Source of the DNA: Phaeosaccion multiseriatum
Taxonomy: Eukaryota; Protista; Ochrophyta, other classes
DNA length: 64,000 nt
Reading direction: 5' to 3'
NCBI GenBank assembly: GCA_965112735.1
Contig: OZ218953.1
Span: 992,001-1,056,000, forward strand
Below the pieces are notes generated by a model that did no database searches, was not told the origin of the DNA, and was given only the letters and a program-made list of their open reading frames with translations. The position numbers and the translations under genes were made by a program. Shown piece by piece: positions 13,861 through 27,549 of this stretch; positions within the stretch are counted from its first letter, which is position 1, and each line of letters opens with the position of its first letter.

Positions 13861-14434
13861 GGAGCAGGATCTCCATCTCTTTGAGGACTGAGAACGCTCT
13901 CACAGACGGACCAGTGCGAGAGGAAGGCACACTTCACACTGCCATCCCATGCCCGCCCGGTATGTGCTCGCTATAGTAGATAGTCCACCGCCATTTCCAC
14001 TCCAGAAGCCGGGTGTGTGCGAGAGAAGCTCTAGCGACTCGAACGAAGAAGAAGGTCACGCCGCTTCCGAAGGGATGTTACAGTTACAGCGACAGGCGTA
14101 TTGCAAAGACAATTGAGGGGCTGCGGAGAGGACTCTACTCAGTTTTAGAGTGCTCCTACTTACTAGACCTCTGTAGCGCATGGAGAGGGAACATTGTCGC
14201 GTTTTATAGGATAGGCATTCTTGATATGCCTGGCGCGCCTAGCAAGAGAGAGAGACAAGCACCCAGTCAGACCAACGCAACAAGTGATTCACAACTCGAG
14301 CAGTATTGAATAGAATAAGGAGGCAATCCCCGCTCGAAGAGAATGCTTGGGCTGCTGCTGCTTCCACATCCCCACTAGCGCTTGTACAGCTCTCGTCCCC
14401 TGCCCCCACCTCGCTTCCCCTCCCCTCCCCTCCC

Positions 14435-15042
14435 CAACATGACCGATGTGATCTGCAGCCAGGGTCTGCCTGTGCCGACAGCACTGACTGTGATTGGCAT
14501 TCCTCCATCCTGGTGCTCACCTTTCCTTCACGCCTCCCTGCCTTCTGTCTATAGTACGCACGCACCCACCCACCTACCCACCCACGCACACATCCACGCA
14601 CGCACGCACGCACGCACGCACGCACCCACCCATCACACTCCCATTCACCCGTGATGCGCTATGGAGCTATCGCCCAAAGCTGCGCTATTGGCCCGTTGGC
14701 ACGCATCAAAAGCTTATGGCGTGCTGGCTGGCGCTGGCCAAAGCTACTGGTAGTGCGGCGACTGCACCGGCGAATAGAGCTGATAGCGTGCCGGCTGGCG
14801 CCAGCAATAGTTGGTTGGGGGGTTGGTTGACGCCGGCAACAGCGATAGCTCAATAGAGCCTCAGGGGTCGACCCCCCTACACCCCAGTGATGTCCGACCC
14901 TTGGGGCCATGAGCATGTTCGTGACCGTGACGCCTGTTGGCGGCCACGTCATTGCTCACGCCTCTACCACGCGCGTACTGCTCAAGAAGGGCAAGTGGGA
15001 CGAGAGAATCGCCCGCATCTTCGACTCGCCCTCCATGCCCGA
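14435..15042 (+). pseudogene. Decayed partial tandem duplicate of DMC1 (end of exon 9, intron 9, most of exon 10), interrupted by a MITE-like insertion
   Basis: 14881-15042 is near-identical to 13435-13595 but has a 1-nt insertion (CCCTTGGGG vs CCCCGGGG), K>T and G>W. 14435-14465 (NMTDVICSQ) resembles the exon 9 end (NIAVVICNQ), and the following sequence resembles intron 9. Confidence 0.85.
14644..14871. mobile_element. MITE-like element, GATAGC-rich family
   Basis: Imperfect ~30-bp terminal inverted repeats. The core CTATGGAGCTATCGC (14659-14673) pairs with GCGATAGCTCAATAG (14842-14856) at 14/15, and the right end is TCAGGGGTCGA. Absent from the parental DMC1 intron 9. Confidence 0.6.
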
Positions 15043-15374
15043 AAGGAAGGTCGTTTCTGATTTCAGTCCCTCTCTACTCTTCGCCCCGATCTCTTCTGTC
15101 TCAAGCGCATGTCATGAAGTCTCATGAAGACTTACTTCTCAAGTACATTACAGGTGCGTGTACGTGTGTGTGTGCGTGTGTGTGTACGTGTCGTGTTTTG
15201 TTCAGTTGAGTTTCATTCTGTTACTTAGACCCCTTAACCAGCAATGAGTGTGCGTGTCAACGACGCAGGGCCCTGTCAGCTTCTGCCCGTATACAAAAAA
15301 ATACCACTCAAATTGCGGAAATAGCACTTGCTCAAACACCCCTCCCATCTCTCCGTACAGAGCTCTCATTTCAA

Positions 15375-15427
15375 GCTCCTCCTTCTCCTCCTCCTCCTCC
15401 TCCTCCTCCTCCTCCTCCTGCTCCTCT

Positions 15428-15462
<35 letters not shown>

Positions 15463-15668
15463 TTCCTCCTCCTCCTCCTCCTCCTCCTCCTCCTCCTCCT
15501 CCTCCTCCTCCTCCTCTTCCTCCTCCTCCTCCTCCTCCTCCTCCTCCTCCTCCTCCTCATTTTCCTCCTCCTCCACCTCCTCCTCCTCCTCCTCCTCCTC
15601 CTGCTCCTCCTCCTGCTCCTCCTCCTCCTCCTCCACCACCACCACCACCACCACCACCTCCTCCTCCT
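15375..15668. repeat. (CCT)n/(CCA)n microsatellite, intergenic or 3' UTR
   Basis: Direct observation; source of the spurious poly-E/S/L/R ORFs. Confidence 0.95.
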
Positions 15669-15985
15669 TACTAGCCATCCGCATAACACCCTTAACATAC
15701 ACCCCCAAAATTCTATCCCCTACCCAAAATAATACTTGTCGTAGTACTGCAGCAAAAAAGCAAATAACTTCTTTATACATACATCCCAATGACCCAACTC
15801 CCTGCTCCTCAAGCATGGCACAGCTGCCTCCCTCCCTCCCTCCCTCCCTCCCTCACACCTTCCTTTCCAAAGCGCGCTTCTTCAAGCTCTGTAGTAGCTT
15901 GACATCGCTTCCTCCGTCTCCGGAAATAACCTCGCCCCTCCTCCTCCTCCTCAGTCCCTCTCTTGCTGTGATGCGGCCTTCATCC

Positions 15986-16974
15986 TCACAACTCGTCCAT
16001 TTGGTTGTGGAGCTGCAGGTGCTCCTGCACCCTCGCTGCCTCTCTCCGTGTGTTGGGTGAGTCCATCTCCCTTGACGGGTTAAAAAAAGACGACGCCCGA
16101 GAGGATGAGGGAAAATTCTCACTACCCGTCGTCCAGGACGAGTTGGAATCGAACTCTTCATCATCGTCCTCGTCCCCGTCCACCATTTGCCGGCGGTTGA
16201 AGCTCCCCGGTGCCTGCTTGGCGTTCTGTTGCCGATAGAAGGTTCTCTTGCCGTCTCCGGACATGTGGGGAGGGAACACAGGGGCTTCCTTGGTGAAGAT
16301 CAATTGTTCTTCCGTGTTGCGTCGCGGGTATTCCATGGAGAGCGGCTGATTGCTCAGTTCGAAGAGACGTGGGGGCGCCCTTGCTTCGGCGTCTTCCCGC
16401 ACGGGTTGGTGCTTCGTGGCTGTGAGGAGGTGAGGGAGGGGGAGGGCATGCAAGCAGGGAGGGAGGAGGGGGGGGTAGACAGAAAGAGGGGAATGCAGTT
16501 TTGTATTCAATGTGTGCTTTGCCTCAAAAACCGGGTCGATGGACGTGTGCATGGATGGATGGATGGATGGGTGGAAGGGTGGGTGGGTGGAAGGGTGGTA
16601 CATGGGGCCAGTCTTAAATGGATAACAGAGGATATGTATCCACTGTTGGCTGGTGAAAGTGATGTGGGTAGGGTCTAACAAACTGTAAATGCGCGTTCTA
16701 CCTTACCTTCCACTCCGCTCCTTTTCCAGTCCACACAAGCTTGTTTCAGCTCTCGTCCAAGCAGGCGGTACCACTCTCGAGAGCGGGATCTATGGGCGGG
16801 GAGGGAGGGGGGGCACACGGAGAGAAGAGAAAGAGACAGAGTTAGGAGAGAGGGAGAGTAAAGAGAGAGAGATGACAATTGACCACAGATATCCAAAAGG
16901 CAGTGCACGGGTGGGTGCCTTCGCTCGCATCTCCAAAGCGCCCTCCAACAGAACGCAACAAGGGAAAGGAAGAC

Positions 16975-17033
<59 letters not shown>

Positions 17034-18782
17034 ACCGAACGTACTCCTTCCTCTGCTCATCTTCCTCCTCGTCGTTGTCCTCTCCATCCTCCCTTCGGCC
17101 GCAGCACTTGGCGCGGATGGCGCTGCACAGCTTGCTGAAGCCCGAGACGCCCTCGATAAACAGAGGCAGCGCCAATACCACAACGAGGGCAACCGAGCAT
17201 GCCATCATCAGTTTGAAAATGGTGCTGCGCCTGCTGTCGCTCAGGTCCTTGGCCACGAGAAGCACCAGAAAGCCCGCCATGATGGCCAAGTTCACCAGCG
17301 CAGTCAGGGCTGGGGACGGATGGAGTGGGGTGGGTGTAGAGGCGGGTAGGTAGGTAGGTAGGTAGGTAGGTAGGTAGGTAGGTAGGTAGGTAGGTAGGTA
17401 GGTAGGTAGGTAGGTAGGTAGGTAGGTAGGTAGGTAGGTAGGAAGGAAGGTAGGGAGGGAGGTAGGGAGGTAGGTAGGTAGGTAGGTAGGTAGGGAGGTA
17501 CGAAGGTAGGTGGGTAGGTAGGTAGGTAGGTAGGTAGGGAGGGAGGGAGGGAGGTGCACGTTACATGCGAGTCGAAAGGAAGGGAGTGAAGGGGAGGGAA
17601 GGGAAGAGAGGTTAAAACAGCAGCCACACCCACACATGTATACACTCCCTTACATAAATCACTCACTGACTCACTGACTCACTGACTTTCACCTCACCCA
17701 CCACCGAACCCCCTCACTCACCGGCTTCGATGAGCACCCATGTGTTGGTGAAGGGCCGGAGGGTTAGCAGAACGCAGCTCTCTACAAAGAAGAGCGACGC
17801 AACCACCAACGCGTCCACCACGGGCCCGCCAACTGTGAGAGCACCCGCTCCGATGAACGCCAGAACCGCTCCGCAGAAGCAAATGAATAAGAGGTAGTAC
17901 TTGCGAGAGCTCGTGAAGTCAGTGAAAGCCGGGGCGTGGCCGTTCATCACCACTCCGGACTCGGCTACGGTGAGGACTCCGCCTCGGGACAGTTCCAAGG
18001 AGGGCGTGGGGGCATCCCAGCGAGACACCGTGGAGTTGTTGGCTTTGATAGGGGAGTTAGAAGGAGGGGGGAGAGAAAGAGAGGGAGACAAAAGCGGGAG
18101 AGGCAAGTGAGAGTGAGAGGGAGAGGCTAGTGAGAAAGAAGCTTAGTCAGTCATGCCCCCTTGCGCGTGGGGAGGAGGGCAGGAGAGGGAGGGAGGGAGG
18201 GAGGGAGAGACGGAGAGAGGGAGAGGGAGAGACATCTCAAAACTCCAACAACGTACACACACACACAAACACACACACACACAAATACGTAATTGTTTCT
18301 ACGTTCATTGCCACAAGTCCATGTATATTTACCCTTGTCCAACAACTCACCCCCGCCAAGGCTGTTGGAGTCCCTTGCATCGACCGCATCCCTCGAGCGG
18401 AACTCGGCCGGACCCACCCACTCTCCATGCTGAAACTCATCAAGGCACGATCCTTGTTCTCCACGTCGTCGCCATGCCGCCTTACACTTGCCGAAGAAAG
18501 ACATGTCTCGAATGTAACTGTCTTCCCGGTAGCTCGCCTCGCGGTGTGACTCGACGGAGCGCTTAATCACGCGCCACGTGTAGAGGACAAGACCGACGGG
18601 CAGGAGGAGCATTAACACCGCTCCGACCTTGTGGGGGGTGCCACACGCGCTGAATGGGGGAGGGAGGGAGGGAGGGAGTGAGGAAGGGAGGGGGGCAAGG
18701 AGGCGAGGGAGGGGGGTAGTAAGAGAGACGAAAGAGAGAGAGAGCGAGAGAGAGACAGGCAGACAGGCAGACAGACAGACAT

Positions 18783-18837
<55 letters not shown>

Positions 18838-21800
18838 CACAGACAACACATGCCCCCACATGGCACCTCTTGCCCTTCCCTCGCCACCTCACCACCTCAC
18901 CACCTCATCACTTCACTCACCGAAGGGCGTGTATGACAACTGTGAGGTTCCCCTCGTACACAAAGATCAGGTACAAGAGCTCCACGTGGGGGAAGCTCAG
19001 CCACGGGTACATCTGTCAAAGGGCAGGCAGATGGCAGCACATGGGGGTGGGGGCGGGGGGGGGCACAGACACATATGCACCAATCGTCAGCATCAAGCAC
19101 CATTGCGGCAAAGGAAAGGCGGGCAGAGTGACGAGGAGGGAGGGTTGTGGAGGGGGGTCTCACTCACTCAGTCACTCAGTCAGTCAGTCAGTCAGTCTCT
19201 CACTCTCTCACTCACTCACTCACACTCACTCACTCACCAGAATGGGGAAAGGACGCACGCCTCCACTGAGGTTTCCAGCGCTGTCTCTGACGGCCATCTC
19301 CTGACTGAGCACGGCTGGGTGGTCCAGACTAAGTCCATTACGCTGGGCAGCGGCCACTTCGCTTGCTGCCTTCTCTCGGGACAGCCACACAGACGTGGCG
19401 ACTGTGATGTGTTGCGTCGGAGGTACGAACCAACGAACGAATGAACGCGCGAAGGGTGAGGTGGGGTGAGGAACAAACACACACCCAAGCTCGTAAAACA
19501 AGGCGAAAAAAACGATTAAAAAAAATACACGTCCGCCCGACACACTTACTTGCCACCACGAGAATATGCACCAGCATCAGCACCAAGAGACCACCCAGCA
19601 CGGCAATACTGTTGGCAGGCAGCGCCTTGCAAGAAGTAGGCTCGTATATCCACACGTTGATCCAGCCCAAGTGACTGCTGAAGGACTTGTACTCCTCGTC
19701 CTGCTCGTCCGAGGCAATGGTGCGAGTGAGGGCCATGAATTGAACTTCACGCACCAAGAGGGCGGCGGCGGCGGCGATAGGGCCCCTCGCTGAGGGGAGT
19801 AAGTCAGAGAGAGACGCCTTATTGGGGTCCTGGGCGTGTGCGGCGTTGCCCGCACTGCTGCCAAACATCCAGGTGAGGGCGGGGCAGATGGTGGCGAGGA
19901 TGGCGGAGGAGATGGCAGCGATGGTCACGGTGGTGATCACCTGTGCGGCACACAAACCACACAGAGGAGGAGGAGGAGGAGGAGGAGGAGGAGGAGGTGG
20001 TGGTGGTGGTGGTGGGAATGGAGGAGGAGGAGGAGGAGGAGGAGGAGGAGGAGGAGGAGGAGGAGGAGGTGGTGGTGGTGGTAATGGAGGAGGAGGAGGA
20101 GGAGGAGGAGGAGGAGGAGGAGGAGGAGGAGGAGGAGGAGGAGGAGGAGGAGGAGGAGGAGGAGGAGGAGGAGGCGGCGGCGGCGGGGCGGAAGAAAAGA
20201 GTTTAGCACAAGGACGAACGGGACGAACGACATCGAGACATGGACACGTGGATGCGCGTATGTGTAGTCAAAGCGGAAAGGAAGGAAGGCGGTGCCACAT
20301 CAATGTCATCATGACGAAACTAGCCCACCTTAAAAGTGCTTCACTCAAAGAGAAGAGAACGGAAGAGCTCACTCACTCACTCACTCACTCACTCAATCAC
20401 TCCACTCACTCCACTCACTCACTCTGACCACAATCACTGACTTACCGAGGCGGACGCCACCCCGATATTGTCATCGACTCCAACTTCCCCAGTGGGGTCC
20501 CTCCTGGACACCTCCACTCTCTCGGGCACCGGCTCAAGACCACACAAATCACCGTCAACGTCGGCATACACCGACTCTCCGCCTGTCTGTGACTCCACCC
20601 GGACGGTCTTGGACCCCGAACTCTCATCGGTTTCGATATTCATCTTCTCTCCGTAGGCCCCTGCTTCGTCAAAGTCAATGGAGATGGGGTTGCACTTGCT
20701 TTCGAAAGTTGTCATGTCCATCACCACCAGGGAAGTGTCGAATGAGAAACCGTCGGCGATTTGAACATCCTGCGTGGCAACCGCCGCTGTGATATTTGAT
20801 TGGAGAGGGAAGGGGGGGGGGGGGGGCGAGGAGGAGGGAGTTAAGGAAGGGAGGAGGCGACAGAGACCGGATGCTCGCTTAAGGCTGGTTCCGCACGCCT
20901 CTCTCCTCCCTCTCTCTCTCTTTCTATTTCTGTCCCTCTCCTTTTATCTCCCTCCTCTCCCTCTCTCGCACGCGCGTGTGGCAGCACTGACCCCCCCCCC
21001 ACCCCCGCCGGTTACCCTCAACCGAAGCAAAGCCTCAACTCACCGTTGGAAAGTGTGAGACAGGCCACCTCATCCCCTGTCACGTCCAAGGCCACACAAC
21101 ACCCCTCCTCTCTAAAGATGCCGCCGTCGCCAGCCATGGATACAATCTGGTAAGACGGGCCTGCGTTCTCCACCATGATGTCCCCCTGGGACAAGGTTCC
21201 TGTTCGGAGCAGAGGGGGAGGGAGGGGGCACGTCAGGGGGCGGGCGGGAGAAGGGAGAGTAAGTGGGATGGAGAGAGAGAGAGGGAGGGAGGAAAGAGAA
21301 GAGAGCGAGCGAGAGAGAGAGGGAGAGGGAAAGAGAAGAGAGAGTTAATACAAAACATTCCCACACTAGAAGCGAGCGACTCGCCCTTCCTCAATACTTC
21401 TGCAACACACATACACTCACACACTCACACACATACACACACACACACGCACACACACACACACACACGCTCACGTACCCTCGCATGCAGAGCTGGTGGT
21501 CTGCTCCTCCGTGGTCTCCTCCTCCGGCGCAGAAGTACCATCCCCAGTGGTGCCTCCATCTTCTGATGGAGAAGAGGTGGGAGCAAGGGTTGGGTTGAAT
21601 CGGGTCACCGAGGGGGGCAGGGTCAGCGACACAGACGTCGGGGAGGGGGTTGTTCCGTCCGGAGCGGGTGTCGCGTCATCTGCTGGGGAAGGTGTCGCAT
21701 CTGCCGGAGAGGGTGTGGTACCACTCTCAGAAGGGGAGGGAGTGGTGCCTGCCGGTGCGGGAGTGTCTTCATCATCACCGGGAGCAGGTGTAGGGTCATC

Positions 21801-22503
21801 AATACTCTCCGCGACAGGGGCGGGGGTGGGGTCAACACTAGCCGCACTGGGGGCACCTGTGGTCGGGGACACGGTTGCATCCCCCTCGGGAGACACGGTG
21901 GGCTCCTGAGAAAAGAGGGAATGGAAAGGGGGGAAACGGAGAGGGGGGGTGGGGGAGGGGGGACGGAGATGGACATAAAAAAACGAGGCGTTTGCTGGCT
22001 TGGAGGGTTGAAAATCTCAGCAATAATGACTCATCACTGCTTGGTCAAATGCTTGGTCAAATGCTTGACACCTGCTTGACACCTCCTTACCCCTTTCAGC
22101 TGCTTGACAGCTGCTGACCACCACCACAGCACACACGCACAATGACCCGTTAGCACAAAACACCGAGGGAGGCGGACAGAGGGAGCTATTGTACCTCCGT
22201 AATCTGCGCAGCAGGGGCTGGCGTGTCCTCGCTGTCAGCAGGAGCTGGTGTGTCCTCGCTATCCTCGCTCGGAGCAGGGGTCTCCGCGATGGGATTTGCC
22301 GTCGTTGAGGGCGCCGTCGGAGGGGCCGTGGGCGCCACAGTAGGGGGCGGCGAAGGAGCCTGAGGAGAGAGAGGGAGAGAGCGAATGAGAACGCAAGCCC
22401 GAGGGGAGGGAAGGCATGAGACCGTATACATCACACACACAGAGATCGAAAGAGAGAGAGAAAGGAGAGGGCGAGGGACAGTAATGAAACGAAAAACGAA
22501 TCG

Positions 22504-22559
<56 letters not shown>

Positions 22560-23114
22560 CCCTACCGCAGTAGGAGCAGGCGTCGATCCCGCCACTGAAG
22601 GGCCCACGGTCGGGGCCACCGTAGGTGCAGCAGTCGGCGTAGCTGTTGGTCGTGGCGTCGGTGGATGGGTCGTCGGAGTCGGTGGGTCGGGTATTGGCGC
22701 GGGGGAGGGGTCAGCAGTGACAAGGACCTCTGGGCCCCTGGTGGGTGGCTCAGACTCTAGAGGGACCGGTGAAGGTGTGGGCTCTGCTAATGGTGGCCGA
22801 GTTGGTTGTACAGTAGGGACCGGGGTGGGTGGTGCTATTGGAACCACAGTTGGATCTACAGGTGGTTTTCACAAGGCACGATTGCAAAACATGTGGTGAA
22901 CAGGCAGGCAGGGTGGGTGGCTGGCTGGCTGGTGGCGCGTGGTATCACGCAAGCAGCGACAGCAAGACAAAGGGGGGGAGGCATCACATCACATCACACT
23001 ATTCCCCATATTCCTCTACGATGGAGGGTAGATGGAGAGGGGGGGGGTGGCGTGTGGCAGCCCTCCATTCCTTCCTACACGTTACCGCGCTACCACCTCC
23101 ACCTCCTCTCTATC

Positions 23115-23158
<44 letters not shown>

Positions 23159-23899
23159 GACCTCTCAGACATGTACCGGACTGTCATACTTATTGCAGAA
23201 CAAACAGCAGTAACTGTTCCTCCACTCCCGCTGTACCACCAACTGCTGTACAAAGGGAGGGGCCATACCTGTGGGTACGGGCGTGGGCGTATCCGATGGG
23301 CAGTAGACATCAGCGACGGCAAGGGGCGTAGTCTCTCCAGACACGTCGCAGCTACCGAAAGCCGTCCACACGCAGTTGTCGCCGTCGCATCCAGCTGTGA
23401 CATCATCCGAGTCACAGCAGAAGCACGAGTACCTAGGAAAAACAAAACAAAAAAAAGGAAGGATATAAGCGTTGGTGCCCGTTTCACGAAAAGCGCCCGG
23501 GAGTGGTTAACACTTCACAGGAGCTCAAGAAAGCAAGTGGTGGCTGGGGACGGTAACGGACGGAGACAAGAGAAACAGGTCAAAACCACGCGAGCCCAAA
23601 ACACACACACACATACACACACACGCACACACACACACACACACACGCACCTGCAGGTGGCGCTAAAGCTGCACGTGACCTCCGCTTCCCAGTCCGACTG
23701 GGTACAGGGGCACTGAGCAGGGTTGCCAGAGGCGGCCACTGGTGGGTGTTGTGTTTGGGTAGCACACCCCCAAGACGGGACAGGACAGGATAGAAGAGAG
23801 GAGGAGAGAGAGAGAGAGGGACGGAGAGAGAGAGAGTGGAGATTTAGCATGGAAGCTGGCGCCGAAGTACAGGAGAAACAAAGACTTGACAACAACACC

Positions 23900-23931
<32 letters not shown>

Positions 23932-26900
23932 CAACAACAACAAAGCTTCTGCGCTGCACTGTTCTGCGGTCCTCACCTCCGACGCTGCCTGACGGGTACT
24001 CGCACTCCTCGGGGACAGGGGCAGGGGTGGGGGACTCCACCACACCTGAAGGACAGGCGGGCAACACCGACCAAGAGGGAGGGAGGGAGGGAGGGAGGGA
24101 GGGGGATGAGCGAGGGACGGGCGTGAAGCAAAACAACACCGCCCTGGCTTGATCGGAAACTTTCCACACTCCCTCTACTTTCTTCCGCTCCACATTTCCC
24201 TCTACGTCCTTCGCTTTGGTGAGCTCGGCTTAACCCACCCCACTTCGCTCCACTCACTGCTCCACCCTCCCCTCCGCTCCCTGCTCCCCTCCCTCCCTTC
24301 CTCACTCACTACTCTACTCCACTCGCTCACGCACTCACTCACTCACTCACCTGCCGATACCACTGCCCCAAAGGCCTGTCTGGAGGCCGACCCCGAGCTG
24401 CGAGTGGTGAACCAACTGCCCTCTGTGTAGCCCGACATGACCACAGAGGACGCTGTGAGGGCCGCCAGCCCGTTCACCTGCTCAACGGAGGAAGTGCCTT
24501 CAGAGAAGCTGAGGGGAGGGGGAGGGAGGGGGAGGAGGGAGCAGAGCGGGTGAGGGGGTGAGGGTGACAGTGGATGGGACGGTAGCGGAGTGGAGGGGGG
24601 GGGATGAAAAAAATGATGCAAAGGAGAATACAATACCCCGCTCAGTGGAAGGAGGGGTGGAGGGTTGAGTGTGTGAGGTCCCTTCTTCATGCCTCTCTCC
24701 CCTTTCTTCCATTCCTTCCCCCTCCCCCTCCCGTCCATCTTATCTCTTTCCCAAGACTCACGTCCACAGGACCTCCCCAGTGCCTACATCGAGCCCAACC
24801 AGGAAGGCGTCCGAGTCCGCTGCTCGCCCCTCCGTGGCCAAGGTGTCGACATGCCCACCAAGCACCACCGTTCTTCCGTCTGCAAGGGCCACGGCGCTCC
24901 AAATCTCCACGGAGTCTCCTTCGAGGCCTTGGAAGCGCCACAGCTCTCTGAGACAGGAGGAGGAGGAGGAGGAGGAGGAGGAGGAGGAGGAGGAGGAGGA
25001 GGAGAGAGGAGGGGGTTGAATGGTGTAATGATAGGAGGCCGTTGGTGTTGTCCATCATTCCATACTCCAGACTCCCCACGCCCCCCCCACCGCCAGCAAT
25101 TCGAGTCAGGTATAGAGATACGTAATCAATACGAAAGACAACCTGCGTACATATGCGTGTATGTGTGTGATAGTACGTATGTATGTGTTGTGTGTGTGTG
25201 TGTAATTCAGAAAAAAGGAAAATAACACATAATAGTACGTACGTCCCGTCGCTGATATCGAGCGCCACGGCCGCCATGTTGACTGCCCCCGCCTCGCCCT
25301 CAAACGCCCCCTCGGAGGCAAAGTCCCCCTGGGTCACGCCCGCCAGCACCACCACAGAAGCACTGTCCATAATGGCCACAGCCCGGCACTCGTCACTACT
25401 ATCCCCGCTGGCCTCGTCTGACTGGTACTCCCACACCGCTTCGTTGCTGCCGTCGAAGGCAATGGCCATAAAGTCGGTTTCGGTGCCACTGTCGGTGGAA
25501 AAGAGGTCGACGCTGGTGAAACCGCCAACGACGACGGTGGAGGAGGTGCTCGAACAGTCGATGGCCTTGAAGACGCCCACTTTCCCCTGGGGCCCCGGGC
25601 TGAACCTGTTTGTAGGAGGAGGTGGGGAGGGGAGGGGGTGGAGGAAGGGGAGAGGGCGCAAGGAGAAGAGACGGGGATGAGATGAGAAGACGTGGGTAGA
25701 TGTAAGTCGGAGGGATGCAAAAAGAGACTTGGATATGCGGACGGCCGCACAACTTCCCCACGCCATGCAAAGTAACGGCCTGCCCTGCCCTGGCCTGCCC
25801 TGCCCTGCCCTGTACCACCAACTGCCCTGCCATGGCCACTCTTGACGCTCTCACCTCACAGTCCGCTGGTAGGTCCACTGGACACTTCCGTCCTCCGCGT
25901 CCAAAGAGAAGAGCATGGGGGCAAACGTGCCTTGGTCCTCAAAGGTTCCGGCCACCATCAGCGCACTCGAGCCCGAGCTACATGCCCCATGGAACCAGTC
26001 ATTGCCGCCGAAGCCGGTCGTGTAGCGCCAATTTTGTGTACTGTGTGTGTGCGGGTTTGGGGTGGTGGGGTGGGATGAAACAGGGACGGTATAGGGGCGG
26101 TGATGGGTGGGTGGGCGGGCCGGGGGTGGGTAGGGCCAGAGGTCGGTAGGTCCGGAGAGGACAGCAGAGGAGGAGGCAGGTCAGAGAATGTAACGTGGAG
26201 AGAAGCTCCTCCTGTGCCGCGGCGCTAACGCCAAGTTCCCTTCCGGCATCAATTGTGTTGGGTTTTCACTGTGGCTCGCCCGCCCGCGCCCCTCCTTCCG
26301 TGGTGGCATGTGCAAAATGCCCCCGAACGCACCGCTGTGTCCGACACAGAAATTAGCCTGTCAGTCACACTCTCTCCCAGTCTTCTTCGTGCCTGCCTCC
26401 CTGCCGTCCCCTACTCACCCGTCTCCGTTGAGACTCAAGGCAAAGGCGTCTCCAGAGTCCGGAATTACGCCATCCACCGCCTCCTTCGCCCCCCCTGCGA
26501 TGAAGGTCCCGCCACCGCCACCCGTGGCGGCCGCGAAGGGCGTTGCTTCGCCAATGGAGCTGGGAGCCTCAAGGTCAATCTCCCACAGAGCAGACCTGTG
26601 CTTGTGGGCAATATACATGAGGCGGGAGGTCGGTAGAAGGCGAGATAAGGGGGGAGGGAGAAAGGGAGAAGGTTGGGTCAGTGGGCTATGGACCCTCGGC
26701 TTGGTCACTTCTTGCCTCCCTCCCTTGGAAGTGATGGAAGAAGTTCCCATTCAAACAAGATGCGGATTTGATGCCACTCACCCATCATCTGCGGAGACGG
26801 CCGTCACCCTGGGCCCGCCCGCAAGGACATAGCTGGACCCGTCGATTAAGGCCACGAATGAGCCGAACACACGCTGATATACATCGTCGGACTGAGGGAG

Positions 26901-27296
26901 CCAACCGAAGTATAGGGGTTGGGAGTTAGAATTAGGTGCAACGCTGGCTTTTCTGGTCCATGGGTACGGGCCGATCAGAGGAGCGGCAAATAGAGCAGTA
27001 AGCAGTCCCAGAAGGGAAGAGAGGGAAGGGGGGAGAGGAAGAGAGAGACGGAGGGGGGTGATGGGGAAGCCGGGGTGGGAAAAGAAATATTTGGTTGACG
27101 AGCTCCGATATTCTCCCTCAAGAAGATACCAGACCACAACAGCGCCCCTAACACAGCAGCGGAGGCAGGTAGGGAGTAAGGAAGGAAGGGGAGCCCAGCA
27201 TCACCCTCGTCCCACCTGAAAGGATGATTGAATCTCCTGCGCGAGGGAGAGCCCCGGCAGAAGCGCCAGGAGCGCCAAGGCTGATCCCCTCATCAT
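15986..27296 (-). CDS. Large multi-exon cell-surface protein: signal peptide, beta-propeller-like repeats, Cys-rich segment, Pro/Thr mucin-like stalk, C-terminal multi-pass TRP_C/Pkd2-Flc-like membrane domain, cytoplasmic tail
   Basis: Exon 1 (27296-27216) encodes the signal peptide [21 protein letters not shown]; exon 2 is 26891-26782. Repeats such as [20 protein letters not shown] and [20 protein letters not shown]; TPAP/PTP-rich exons at ~21480-22860. Membrane region '[26 protein letters not shown]', '[17 protein letters not shown]' and several hydrophobic helices. Stop at 15986. Some internal exon boundaries were not fully traced. Confidence 0.75.
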
Positions 27297-27549
27297 GCCC
27301 GGCTTCTTCTCCTCGCCTCTTCTTCGTCTTCACCCCCCCTCCGCCTTGCTCAGTTGATCACCAAAATTATCCCTCCAGTATTTCTCCCTCCCTCTCCCCC
27401 TTCTGCTTGCACACTGCTCTGTATTCTGGGTGTGAGTTCACCCGGCCAGATACGTGGGGCGCGCTGGTTTCCGCCACGAGATGGTGCTCCTCGAAATATG
27501 GCGTTTCGACTTCGTCAAGAAGCGGAGCTCCTCTGTGTCCTCCTCGCCC

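Noticed and set aside
14909-15127. Second functional DMC1-like gene
   Set aside because: Only a fragment, frameshifted relative to its acceptor, with G>W substitution and no upstream exons
15202-16060. Poly-E, poly-S and poly-L ORFs
   Set aside because: (CCT)n microsatellite with no complex coding sequence
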